DNA of 64,000 nucleotides. It comes from Haliotis rufescens. Taxonomy: Eukaryota. Location of the stretch: the NCBI RefSeq assembly GCF_023055435.1, contig NW_025963890.1, positions 64,790,001-64,854,000 of the forward strand. Direction: 5' to 3'. Position numbers and translations under genes: made by a program. Within the stretch, counting starts at the first letter, position 1; the number at the start of each line of letters is the position of its first letter. The notes beneath the pieces are model-generated. The model ran no database searches. It was not told where the DNA came from and saw nothing but the letters and a program-made list of their open reading frames with translations. Shown here one piece after another: positions 1 through 13,600 of the stretch.

Positions 1-227
1 CAACAATTCTTCTATACTCATTGTTAAATGTCCACATGCTTGTTAAAAGAGTCTCCGCACAGGGCATACGGTTCCAAATACCATTCACATCTGTTTTCAT
101 TGGCCAGCAGCGAATGAGCGCCATGTCACACCTAAAATGATTATTTTACTTCACTTTAGGAAAGAAATAAACGAATATGGATACTTAAAACAATATGCAT
201 GATACAGACGTATTCACTGCAGGTGTT

Positions 228-389
228 GGGGCGGTCGGGTAGCCCAGTGGTTAAAGCGTTCGCTCGTCACGCCGAAGACCCGGGTTCGATTCCCGACATG
301 GGCACAATGTGTGAAGCCCATTTCTGGTGTTCCCCGTCGTGATATTGCTGGAATATTGCTAAAAGCGGCGTAAAACCATACTCACTCAC
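228..389 (+). mobile_element. tRNA-derived SINE, family A
   Basis: A-box/B-box-like head (TAGCCCAGTGG...GGTTCGATTCCC), (CTCA)n tail, TSD TG(C/T)AGGTGTT at 218-227 and 390-399. Confidence 0.85.
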
Positions 390-869
390 TGTAGGTGTTA
401 AAGAATATGGTAATAGAAATACTTCTAGAACGAAACTCGTATCCCCTTTGAACATAACATATCAAACCGTTGCGTACCTTTAATTTAGCGCAGAGCGTGT
501 AGCTACAAACACATTGATTAACTGAAATATCGATTCTTTGTTGAATTTCCTAAATGACTAAGATTTCCCTGGGGAGGACAACCATGCTGTTTGTCCACGG
601 TAGTTCACCCTGCTTTCCCGAGGAGCGTCAATCCCTGTGTGCCCCGGGACATGCTGGTTGACGTCACACTTGGTCATATTAATGAAGTAGTTTTCAAATA
701 TGACAACGCGAATCAGACGCATTCCCGTATATTCAATAACGCACTGATTCATGATAAACGGTCCCCAACACATAAAGTCCTTTGGAAGATACTATGTTAT
801 CAATGCTAACTTAATGGTGGTGGTGTCCACTATATTAGCTATTTATACACTGTATATCTACGTAGAATC

Positions 870-1263
870 CATCTTCCCGAGGCAAGGGAATGAACCGACT
901 ATCACAGTCCAGTTTCCTCCCTTGCCGAACTAGGCTGGATATATGGAGTATTTTGGCTGGACTAACGAGTCTATGCATAGTCCAATCAAAATCGCCTAAC
1001 GATATCGACATCTGGTTTGTAAAATGTCGTGCTGATTTCGGTCGATTGCGATCGTCCTGACTGGGCACCGCCATTTTGTTTGAAGCAAATGCAAGTGACA
1101 TGAGAAGTGGAATCTGATTGGGTCAATCGGAGGGACATAACAGGGGCATAACTCGTAATAGCCCTGGTGGCGCTACGATCGAGTCCAGAAATTCCAGCCT
1201 AATTCGGCAAGGACTTTTAAACTGGATTTTTATAGTCAGTGAACCCCCTTGCCTCGGGAAGAT
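870..1263. mobile_element. MITE-like element with ~70-bp imperfect terminal inverted repeats
   Basis: ATCTTCCCGAGGCAAGGG (870-887) vs CCCTTGCCTCGGGAAGAT (1246-1263); inner CTTGCCGAACTAGGCTGGA vs TCCAGCCTAATTCGGCAAG. Confidence 0.75.
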
Positions 1264-1645
1264 CCCTTGAATCTTTAACTAAGACTAATCATCTTGTTAA
1301 AAGTAAAGTACATTTGGGACCCTACACCTAGCACCAACGTCACTTTGAGCTTTGCTGTAGCGTTACTGGGAAAGTGGTAGAGCCTCATTGTTGTTGGCTC
1401 GTCATACCTTAGACCCGTGTTCAATTCCACACATAAATACAACGCATGAAACCCATTTCCTATGCCGTAATATGACGGCAATCATGCTAATTGCTATGAC
1501 GTAGAGACGTACTTACTCACTATACCATAATGAGCAGTGAGCGATAATTAACAGGGAAGGATCATTGTAACCAACAATATTGGATACTTGTTATTTTAAA
1601 TTTGTATGTGAGTTAACAAGTTGACAGTTCGTCATTGTGTTTTAG

Positions 1646-4600
1646 GAAGATGTGCAAATGGTCGTTTTGGAAACAACTGTATTTACCAGTGTCATTGTTT
1701 GAAGGACACAAACTGTGATGACGTCACAGGAAATTGTTCTTCCGGATGCGCAGAAGGATGGTCAGGGAATGCTTGCCAAAGAAGTAAGAGTTTTGAATAT
1801 GTGGGGGTGTCGTTCAAGACGGAAAAGCCGATTTGGTTATAACGACACATTTTTCTGGTCAAAACGGACCATTGAAATATCATATAGTTTACTGAAAACA
1901 AAGACAATTTTCTTATAGTTATATTGATTTCGCATGATTCTTGTGAATAGTGCATCAGACTGAAAATCTCATTTAGTCCAAGTAAATGACTGATCTTCTC
2001 TTCAATGGGAAATTAGCCCTGATATAGACTTTATTGTTGTCTTTTATTATTACATTGTAATAAATTTCGCTGTTTAATTAAGATCTAATTCCAATGAGAT
2101 TGCGTTTTGCTTTGTCAAACAGGGAACATCGTGTTCAACATGGCTGCTTCTATATCGGGCAACGTGGCGGAAGGGGGCGTGACCACAGACGGCGACGTGA
2201 CCACGTGTATCTCCTCCCGCCCTAATAGGACAGGAAGGTGGATGGTAGATCTTCTAGTAAAACAGACAGTTCACAGTATGAGGATACGGGCAGGTTGGCA
2301 TGAACTCGAAATCAAATTTAGTATCTGTAAATCGGATTTAATGGTATTTAGAAGTGATACACATTAGTCATATAAGTTTATGAATACCAACTTCTTGTTA
2401 TGAGAAACACAACGTTTCGAAGTGTATGCTTCATCAGGTGAATCGTCCATTTGATGAAAGAGTAAGCATATACTCCGTAACGTTGTGTTAATCATAATAA
2501 GAAGTTGACATCCTTAAAATTCTCTGTCTTACGGATTTAATGCGTTCCAAGATGTAAAAATATTCATATGGCAAACTCTGATCTTTCAGCAATTGATGAC
2601 GTATCATGGAATAGGTATTACAGATTTTGTTTATTTTGGGACGTTTCGCTTCTGAAATCTTATCAGATTTGTTCACTTACAAACATTTTATCATTTGTTT
2701 CGTTTCGCAAGTGAGAACATGGAGGAGGGTATAAACTATTGACTGAATGACAAAACTTTCTTCACTGTTATGCAGAAGAACATGTTAATAGTTATTGTCA
2801 GCATCGATGTTCCAGTGTAATCAACAACATACCAAAGTGACTCTGTTGAACCTTGAACTCTATTGAGTTTTGAACATGGGGTGAGCGCTTGATATATTTA
2901 TTAGAATCAGAATTCTGGACGCTATTTCAGCGCCATTCTAACCTGAATTGAAACGATGCAACGGTGGCGAATTGGCCAAAGGTATATATTATAACAGAAT
3001 GGATATCAAATACCCTGGTTAATCGAAGATGGCCATCAATAGGCCCGCGTTCTATGTACAAAATTCATTTTAAGTATCGCTGCTATCAAAATATCACAAA
3101 CCCCTATTGAATTCACACCATCATGATCATCATCAGCAGCAGCACGGCAGCTATAGCGTTATATTTGTCTCCTCGATAATATCGATTCGCAATAACATCC
3201 TAGAATGTCCAAGGTGTTATATCTTCTAGGTAACGTGTCGGTCCGGTCATGGGGTGTGTACGTGGGCGACTTCGAGGACAGCCTCTTCTGGTCAGTGCCG
3301 TGTACGACACTGCGCTACGACGGAACGGGGACGTCCTTTACTTGTGACAAACCTGTGGCCGGCCGATATGTGGGCATCATGAACCTGCATAAGCTTATAA
3401 CAGTATGTGAAGTGGAGATATTCAGTAAGTTAGGTTTGGGATATTCGGTGTATCAGGCTTGACGTATTCATTAAATTAGGCTTGAAGTGTTCATGAAGTT
3501 AGACTTGAAGTATTCATTGAAGTTAGGCTTGGCGTATTCATGAAGTTAGACTTGAAGTATTCATTAAGTTAGGCTTGGCGTATTCATGAAGTTCGGCTTG
3601 AAGTGTTCATTGGGGTATTCTATTTATCAGGCTTGAAGTATTCATTAAGTTAGACTTGGGGTAAACTGTGTTTCAGGCTTGAAGTATTCATTAAGCTAGA
3701 CTTGGGGTATACTGTATATCAGGCTGAAGTATTCATTAAGTTAGACTGTATCTCAGGCTTGGCGTATTCATGAAGTTCGGCTTGAAGTGTTCATTAAGTT
3801 AGACTTGGTGAATACTCTATTTCAGGCTTGAAGTATTCATTGAGTTAATCTTGGGGTATACTGTATATCAGGCTGAAGTATTCATTAAGTTAGACTTGGG
3901 GTATACTGTATATCAGGCTGAAGTATTCATTAAGCTAGACTTGGGGTATACTGTATATCAGGCTGAAGTATTCATTAAGCTAGACTTTGGGTATACTGTA
4001 TATCAGGCTGAAGTATTCATTAAGCTAGACTTGGGGTATACTGTATATCAGGCTGAAGTATTCATTAAGCTAGACTTGGGGTATGCTGTATATCAGGCTG
4101 AAGTATTCATTAAGCTAGACTTGGGGTATACTGTATATCAGGCTGAAGTATTCATTAAGTTAGACTTGGGGTATACTGTATTTCAGGCTTGCAGTATTCA
4201 TCAAGTTAGACTTTGGATAAACTGTATATCAGGCTGAAGTATTCATTAAGCTAGACTTGGGGTATACTGTATATCAGGCTGAAGTATTCATTAAGCTAGA
4301 CTTTGGATAAACTGTATATCAGGCTGAAGTATTCATTAAGCTAGACTTGGGGTATACTGTATATCTGGCTGAAGTATTCATTAAGCTAGACTTGGGGTAT
4401 ACTGTATATCTGGCTGAAGTATTCATTCAGCTAGACTTGGGGTATTCTCTATATCAAGAGTGAAGTTTTAATGAAGTTAGGCTTGAAGTATTCATTAAGC
4501 TAGACTTGGGGTATACTGTATATCTGGCTGAAGTATTCATTAAGCTAGACTTGGGGTATACTCTATATCAAGAGTGAAGTTTTAATGAAGTTAGGCTTGA

Positions 4601-7600
4601 AGTATTCATTAAGCTAGACTTTGGGTATACTGTATATCTGGCTGAAGTATTCATTCAGCTAGACTTGGGGTATACTCTATATCAAGAGTGAAGTTTTAAT
4701 GAAGTTAGGCTTGAAGTATTCATTAAGCTAGACTTTGGGTATACTGTATATCAGGCTGAAGTATTCATTAAGCTAGACTTGGGGTATACTGTATATCAGG
4801 CTGAAGTATTCATTAAGCTAGACTTGGGGTATACTGTATATCAGGCTGAAGTATTCATTAAGCTAGACTTTGGGTATACTGTATATTAGGCTGAAGTATT
4901 CATTAAGTTAGACTTGGGGTATACTGTATTTCAGGCTTGCAGTATTCATCAAGTTAGACTTTGGATAAACTGTATATCAGGCTGAAGTATTCATTAAGCT
5001 AGACTTTGGATAAACTGTATATCAGGCTGAAGTATTCATTAAGCTAGACTTGGGGTATACTGTATATCAGGCTGAAGTATTCATTAAGCTAGACTTGGGG
5101 TATACTGTATATCAGGCTGAAGTATTCATTAAGCTAGACTTGGGGTATACTGTATATCAGGCTGAAGTATTCATTAAGCTAGACTTTGGATAAACTGTAT
5201 ATCAGGCTGAAGTATTCATTAAGCTAGACTTGGGGTATACTGTATATCTGGCTGAAGTATTCATTAAGCTAGACTTGGGGTATACTGTATATCTGGCTGA
5301 AGTATTCATTAAGCTAGACTTGGGGTATACTCTATATCAAGAGTGAAGTTTTAATGAAGTTAGGCTTGAAGTATTCATTAAGCTAGACTTTGGGTATAAT
5401 GTATATCTGGCTGAAGTATTCATTCAGCTAGACTTGGGGTATACTCTATATCAAGAGTGAAGTTTTAATGAAGTTAGGCTTGAAGTATTCATTAAGCTAG
5501 ACTTTGGGTATACTGTATATCTGGCTGAAGTATTCATTAAGCTAGACTTGGGGTATACTCTATATCAAGAGTGAAGTTTTAATGAAGTTAGGCTTGAAGT
5601 ATTCATTAAGCTAGACTTGGGGTATACTGTATATCTGGCTGAAGTATTCATTCAGCTAGACTTGGGGTATACTCTATATCAAGAGTGAAGTTTTAATGAA
5701 GTTAGGCTTGAAGTATTCATTAAGCTAGACTTATATGTATACGCAAATATGCAAAGGTGCCATTCACTAGACTGTTCTCATCCAAGCCGTTGTGCATTGT
5801 GTAGAAACACTGTGTGACGTGTGAATTCTTCCTCAATTATGAATCACTTTATCCAGCTTGTGCCGACTTCACATTCGGCAAACAAGATTGTAACTCCCGC
5901 TGCCGCTGCTTTGAAACCCTGGAAGTGTGTGATCACGTGTTCGGCACGTGCACGACGGGGTGCCAGCCGGGCTGGGCAGGAAGCGACTGTCAACAAGGTA
6001 CGTGTCTGCTGGGGACGACGGGTACATCACACCATCTTTAACATCCTCCGCATCCACGTTGACGGTCATCGCATAGGTTAAAGCTAAAGCAACCACTAGA
6101 ACGTTAAACATTCATTTTACTTTAAAGGGATCTTGATTGAGCTCTTCCATTAGATAATAAGTGTACCAGGACCATTATATTGGAGTTCACACTAACGCAC
6201 TTGAACGTTTGGTTTGCTTGTGTCAGATGCCATATTTTGAATATTTAAGCGAGTGAGTTTGGTTTCAGACGGGAAGGAAACGCGGGTTTCGGCTTAACGC
6301 CTGACTGTTTTTTTGTTTTTTTGTTTAACGCCGCACTCAGCACTATTCCAGCTACTCGAGTCTTGATCAGACAATCCAGTTATTGACATCATGAACATCG
6401 ATACTATGGGATACGATGACATGCATCAACCATGTCAGTGAGCCTGACCACCCGATCCCGTCAGTTGCCTCTTACGACAAGCATGGGTTGCTGAAGACCA
6501 ATTCTAACCCGGAATATTCACGGGATGCTAAACGCTTGAAGCACATGGTTATCCTGCGCCTCTTTGTTGTGTATGAACATGTAACCTTTTGTTGATATGC
6601 CCTTGTATCTCTTTGCCAGTAACCGGGTTAAATCAAAAGTTCTGCCAAATTATCCTTTTTTATCATGACAATATCATGTGACCTCGCCGTTTAGGGAATG
6701 AGTTTTGTGTAACGGCGCTTTTGAACCACTTTGCAGGTATAAATATACAATGGCGTGTCAGTTTGAAAGCTTACAATAAGGCGAATCTGAGATCATTGGC
6801 GTCTGGTACACCTAAGGGACGCAACTATGCACAGCGACTTGCGGCGCCTTACACAAGTTGTTCACCCGTGGCCACTATTTAAAACCATGAAGATGAACTT
6901 ATTGATGACAATAAATACGATGCTATGTGACAAAGATCTACCGTAGTCTATGTTCACGTACATGACCGGTTTCGTCATGTTTCAGCCTGCAATGGAACTT
7001 ACGGAAGGAACTGTGTTCATCGTTGTGGTCGATGTCGTGGTGGAGAGGCATGTGACACTACTACTGGGAAATGTCGTCACGGCTGTGAAACCGGATGGAC
7101 GGGGCCAACGTGCCATGCGAGTATGTCTCTATGTTTATTTGTTGGTTGGTTGTTTAACGCGGCAATATTCCAGCTGTATGACGGCGGTCTGTAAATAATA
7201 TACTCTGGACCAGACAATCAAGTGATTGACACCGATGAGCCACTTCCACGACAGGGTACAATGACAGTAATCAACCGCGAATCTGACCGCCCAATCTATC
7301 AAGTCGCCTCTTGCGACAAATCTAGGCTGCAGGGGAACAGTTCTAACCCAAGACTCTCCAGGGGGTCGCCATCTTGTATAAAGGAAATGTTATAACAAAA
7401 ACCAAAAACATAACTGACGTTAATATAAGTGAGTGAGTAAATGGTAGAACATGTAGAACAAGCCTTAGTAGATACTAGAAGTTAGACTAACATCTAGTCT
7501 CTGAAATGAACATATCTTACAGAAAAAAGAGTTGTTAAATTATCTCAATAAAAATATATTAAAAAGAAGCCCAGAAACTCTCTTAATTTCCCGATTCTGT

Positions 7601-10600
7601 AGTAATCTAGACTTGCCAAACATTATAGACTTGCATGGGCTGTGTTGGATATATTTGTATCAGGGTCTGTATGAGAGATTAACAAGAAGTAAACGTTCAG
7701 TCATTTAAATATTCAACATGAAACAAGAATAAACACTAAATCAATCAAAACAATTTGAACAGTGTCAGCTTGATGTGCGAGGAAAGCCTGATGTGACGCA
7801 GCTGTCAGGCATATACATGTACCACGTTACTGGTATGGTGTTTGAAAAAAACAGCACAACCAGGGCGAACACCCGATAATAGGCGTCTGGCGCGCCTAAG
7901 GGACGCAACTCTACATCGACGTGTTAGATGACTGGCCCATTATACCACTGTTAACGTGTTGAGCAGTCGTAATACCACGTAATACAGTGCTGGTGCAATG
8001 GTCCTTTGTAATGGGTGTGTTATTGATTCCTCAGGATGTCAGGTTTTTCGTTTGTTCTTATTCCAGAGTGTCCCGTCGGTAGTTATGGCGATAACTGCAG
8101 TGAAGCCTGCAGCCATTGTCTAGAAGGAAGCACGTGCTTTCCAACAAACGGAACTTGCGTGAAAGGATGCGCAGCTAGATGGAAAGGTCCAAAATGTGAT
8201 CGTTGTAAGTCACTACAGAGTAGGGCCAGACCAATCTTGTTCTGTACAGTACATAAAGCAGATAGACATACGACAGAACTAACATTACATGCTTATAGAT
8301 ATGACAATTTCATTGGTTCAAACCTTGATTATTGAAATTTCTTTAACTACACATTTGTGATGTTTGGCTCACATGCTTTTCAGCTTGCGACTTCGGAGAG
8401 TACGGGGAAAACTGTGTCCTTAGATGCAGTCACTGTGTGTCAAGTACAGGCTGTGACAGTCGTAATGGACGGTGTCAAGCTGGCTGCGAGCCCGGATGGG
8501 AGGGGGTGTTCTGTACTGTAGGTGAGTCTGTAGGGGCGGGGCATCCTGTATGTAGGTGAGTCTGTAGGGGCGGGGCATCCTGTTAGTAGGTGAGTCTGTA
8601 GGGGCGGGGCATCCTGTACAGTAGGTGTGTCTGCAGGGGCAGGGCGTCCTGTACAGTAGGTGTGTCTGTAGGGGCGGGGCGTCCTCTACTGTATGTGTGT
8701 CTGTTCGGGCGGGGCGTCCTGTAAGTAGGTGTGTCTGTTGGCCAGGATCTCAGATACAGTTGGTTGTCTGAGGGGACGGGTGGTTCTGTAACGACTGAAG
8801 TGTCCCCATAAGAAATACATGTATTTCTGTTTTGTTTCACTATAGAATGTATGCCTGGTCGGTTCGGACCTGACTGCAACCAGACGTGTGGGAGGTGCCT
8901 GCAGCCTCCGTGTGACCGACGCAACGGAAGCTGTGGGGAGGGAGGCTGTCTGCAGGGCTGGTCTGGGGACATTTGTAATCAGGGTGAGTTCACGATATTG
9001 CAACAATCAATCACTTTAAGAATAAAACAGGACTGATATGACAGTAGCATAATCTTGGTTATACTTCATAATCTAAACTGAAATCGACTGCTATCCTCCT
9101 CTCATTGTGTTTGCATGTCGGAAAATCTCTAGATTTTGGTTCAGTCATAAATATTTTGTCTTAGTACGCTATGATTTAGCATGTAATGCGAACCTATACT
9201 ATTTTTTCGTGTTTGTTTATATGTTTGTTTGTCAACTTCGTGTTGATGTTATACATGTATTCTTGAAGCCTGTGACATGAGCCTCTACAGTTGTTATACA
9301 TTGGTACACGCCTATATTCGCGTATAGATAAAGCCATACATATTTTTTAGTCTGATTCTCATCTCCAACCTCAACCAGCGAGAGGTCGGGCGGGCGAAAA
9401 TGAATCAAAAGAGCCCCCCCCCCAAAAAAAAATAAAAAAATAAAAAAATAAATAAAATAAATAAAAAAAATAAAAAAAATAAAATAAAAAATATATATAT
9501 ATTGTTTTTGAATGGCATTAAGATGTGATAAACATAAGGAAGATAACTTCTGGATGTCAACTTCTTTACTATGAGGAACACAGCATTTCGCAGTATATAC
9601 TTACTCCTAACACATATATGTGTACGAATCTTACGGGTACATATATCTTCTCTACTTCATAGCATTTATTCACCTGATGAAGGCGTAAATAATATATACT
9701 CCGAAAAATTGTGTTCCTCATAGTAAAGAAGTTCACACTCAGAAATGTTCTTCCTCCAAAGAATTGTGTTTAACCAATTGTGTAAAAGTTCATACACTTG
9801 CTTTGCTTCGGAAACGAATTCTTCATAAAAATGGCTGCCGATAGATCAAGCTGACTTGGGTTCTTTATCAGTGTGCAATGGCAGAAGTATTTTTGTTTTT
9901 ATCACATCGGGGCATACATTTCCAACAGCGACGGGGAACATTGCGATAAGAATTTCTTTTATTATTTCACGTCGGAATGAAAATTCAGGGCGGGCGGGAG
10001 ATGGGAAACGAAGAAAACAATATGGATTGCCTAATGCTATACATGGTATCTTAAAGCGTGTGCCACGGGTTACTATGGCGAAAACTGTGACTCCAAGTGC
10101 GGACATTGTGCGGACGACGTCGAGTGCGACCTCATGGACGGCACATGCTCCTCTGCATGCAAACATGGCTGGTACGGTGACAAGTGCGACCAAAGTAAGT
10201 ATACATGCACCTGTAATGTGAACATATACTATGTCCTACTCCAACATGCGTGAAAGCCCAATGTGAGGCAGATCTTTGACATTTACCTCTATGGTAAAGC
10301 ACGTTGGTGAATACTGAAACACCAAAATCAGAGGGTTCTGAAAAGTTGAGGAAATACATGAGAATTATGTACTGTCTTCTCCAACATGTGGGATGATATA
10401 CGTGAGAATGGTAACATACATTTGTGATGCTGAAAAACCAAGAATCACAAGATTCTGGCATGCAAAGGAGCGCAACTCTGAACAGCGAATTCAGTCATCT
10501 TAGACGACTGTGTCATCTGTGCCCCCAGCATACGTTGGAAGTATAGAATGATAAAATCTATGTATGATTTTCCCCATAGTATATCTATGTATATACTATG

Positions 10601-13600
10601 CACATCTATATACAGTCTACTCCATCATATTAGGAGGGTATATATGAGAATAATAGCACATCTGTATACAGTCTACTCCACAATATTACGAAGGTATATA
10701 TGAGATTAATAGCACATCTCTATACAGTCTACTCCACCATATTACGAAGGTAGAAATGAGAATAATAACATATTTATACAGTCTACTCCACCATATTAGG
10801 AGAGTATATATGAGAAGAATAGCACATCTGTATACAGTTTACTCCGCAATATTAGGAAGGTAAATATGAGAATAATAACATCTGTATACAGTCTATTCCA
10901 CCATATAAGAAAGGTATATATATGAAAATAATAACATCTGTATACAGTCTACTCCACCATATTAGGAAGGTATATATGAGAATAATAACATCTGTATACA
11001 GTCTAATACACCATATTAGGGGGGTATATATGAGAATAATAACATCTGTATATAGTCTACTCGACCGTATTAGGAAGGTATATATGAGAATAACAGCACA
11101 TCTCTATACAGTCTACTCCATCGTATTAGGAGGGTATAAATAAGAGTAATAACATCTGTATACAATCTACTCCATCACATTAGGAAGGTATATATGAGAA
11201 TAATAACATCTATATACAGTCTACTCCACCGTATTAGAAAGGGTATATATGAGAATGATAGCACATCTATATACAGTCTACTCCACCATATTAGGAAGGT
11301 ATATATGAGAATAATTGCACATCTGTATACAGTCTACTCCACCATAATAGGAAAGTATATATGAGAATAATATCATCTATATACAGTCTACTCAACCGTA
11401 TTGGAAGGTATATATGAGAATAGTAACATCTATATACAGTCTACTCCATCGTATTAGGAGGTTATACATACGAATAATATCATCTGTATACAGTCTACTC
11501 AACCATATAACGAGGGTCCATATGCGAATAATAGCACATATATATACAGTCTACTCCACCATATTAGGAAGGTATAGAAGAGAATAATTGCACATCTGTT
11601 TACAGTCTACTCCATCGTATTAGTAAGGTATATATAAGAATAATAACATCTATATACAGTCTACTCCATTGTATAGGGAAGGTATGTATGAGAATAATAG
11701 CACATCTATATACAGTCTACTCTACCATATTAGGAAGGTATATATGAGAATAATAGCACATCTGTATACAGTCTACTCCATCGTATTAGTAAGGTATATA
11801 TCAGAATAATAACATCTATATACAGTCTACTCCATTGTATACGGAAGGTATATATGAGAATGATATCATCTCTATACATTCTACTCCACTATATTGGAAG
11901 GTATATATGAGAATAATTGCACATCTATATACAGTCTACTCTACCATATTAGGAAGGTATATATGAGAATAATAGCACATCTGTATACAGTCTACTCCAT
12001 CGTATTAGGAGGGTAAACATAAGAATAATATCATCTGTATACAGTCTACTCAACCATATAACGAGGGTCTATATGAGAATAATAGCACATTTATATACAG
12101 TCTACTCCACCATATTAGGAAGGTATATGTGAGAATAATTGCACATCTGTATACAGTCTTCTCCACCATATTAGGAAGGTATATATGAGAATAATAGCAC
12201 ATCTGTATACAGTCTACTCCATCGTATTAGTAAGGTATATATCAGAATAATAACATCTATATACAGTCTACTCCATCGTATTAGGAGGGTATACATAAGA
12301 ATAATAACATCTGTATACAGTCTACTCAACCATATTACGAGGGTCTATATGACAATAATAGCACATCTGTATACAGTCTACTCCACCATATAAGGAAAGT
12401 ATATATGAGAATAATAACATCTATATACAGTCTACTCCACACCATATTAGGAAGGTATATATGAGAATAATTGCACATCTGTATACAATCTACTCCACCA
12501 TATTAGTAAGGTATATATGATAATAATATCTATATACAGTCTACTCCACCATATTAGGAAGGTATATATGATAATAATATCTATATACAGTCTACTCCAC
12601 CATATTAGGAAGGTATATATGAGAATAATAGCACATCTGTATACAGTCTACTCCACCATATTAGTAAGGTATATATGAGAAGAATAGCACATCTATATAC
12701 AGTGTACGCTGCCATATTAGGAAGGTATATATGAGAAGAATAGCACATCTATAAACAGTCTACTCCTTCGTATTAGGAAATTAAATATCAGAATAATAAC
12801 ATCTGTATACAGTCTACTCCATCGTATTAGTAAGGTATATATCAGAATAATAACATCTGTATACAGTCTACTCCACCATATTAGGAGGGTATATATGAGA
12901 ATAATAAGATCTATATATAGTCTACTCCATCGTATTAGGAAGGTATATATGAGAATAATAGCACATCTGTATACAGTCTACTCCACCATATTAGGAGGGT
13001 ATATATGAGAATAATAAGATCTATATATAGTCTACTCCACCATATTAGGAGGGTATATATGAGAATAATAAGATCTATATATAGTCTACTCCATCGTATT
13101 AGGAAGGTATATATGAGAATAATAGCACATCTGTATACAGTCTACTCCACCAAACAATTATTGTGACCATATACGATATAATCATGTTCTACTGTTTGTG
13201 AATACCACCCCTCTATACCTGGTCCACCCCAACATGTGGGGCGGTCGGGCAGCCTTGTGGTTAAAGCCTTCGCTTGTCACACCGAATACCCGGGTTCGAT
13301 TCCCGACACGGGTACAATGTGTGAAGCCCATTTCTGGTGTCCCCCGCGGTGATATTGTTGGAATATTGCTAAAAGCGGCGTAAAACCATATTCACTCACT
13401 CATTAACTCACTTCCAGCATGTTTGGACGGAACGTGGGGAGGCAACTGTTCAGAGACGTGTGGCCTGTGCCATCAGAACAAGGCATGCAACCCTGAAACG
13501 GGACTGTGTGACGAAGGCTGTTTTGTGGGATACTCCGGTACATATTGTGATACAGGTAGGTCAACAAGGAACAATGTTTTATATTGTTCTTCTGGAAAGA

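Noticed and set aside
228-300. tRNA-like sequence (also 13238, 32396, 38940-39010, 30535-30560)
   Set aside because: The first four are SINE heads continuous with shared bodies, with tails and TSDs on the family A copies; 30535-30560 is only a B-box-like fragment. None is a stand-alone tRNA gene.
814-865. Hydrophobic MVVVSTILAIYTLYIYV as a signal-peptide exon for the + strand receptor
   Set aside because: No phase-1 donor compatible with exon 1646, and it runs into a MITE; the first exon is probably outside the window.
3851-4237. 128-aa ORF of (GYTVYQAEVFIKLDL)n
   Set aside because: Product of a 45-bp intronic minisatellite; non-ATG start, and neighbouring units break the frame.
10600-13151. 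Regular repeats superficially like a CRISPR array (also 3425-5731)
   Set aside because: Head-to-tail units with no unique spacers, no cas genes, and a eukaryotic intron context.
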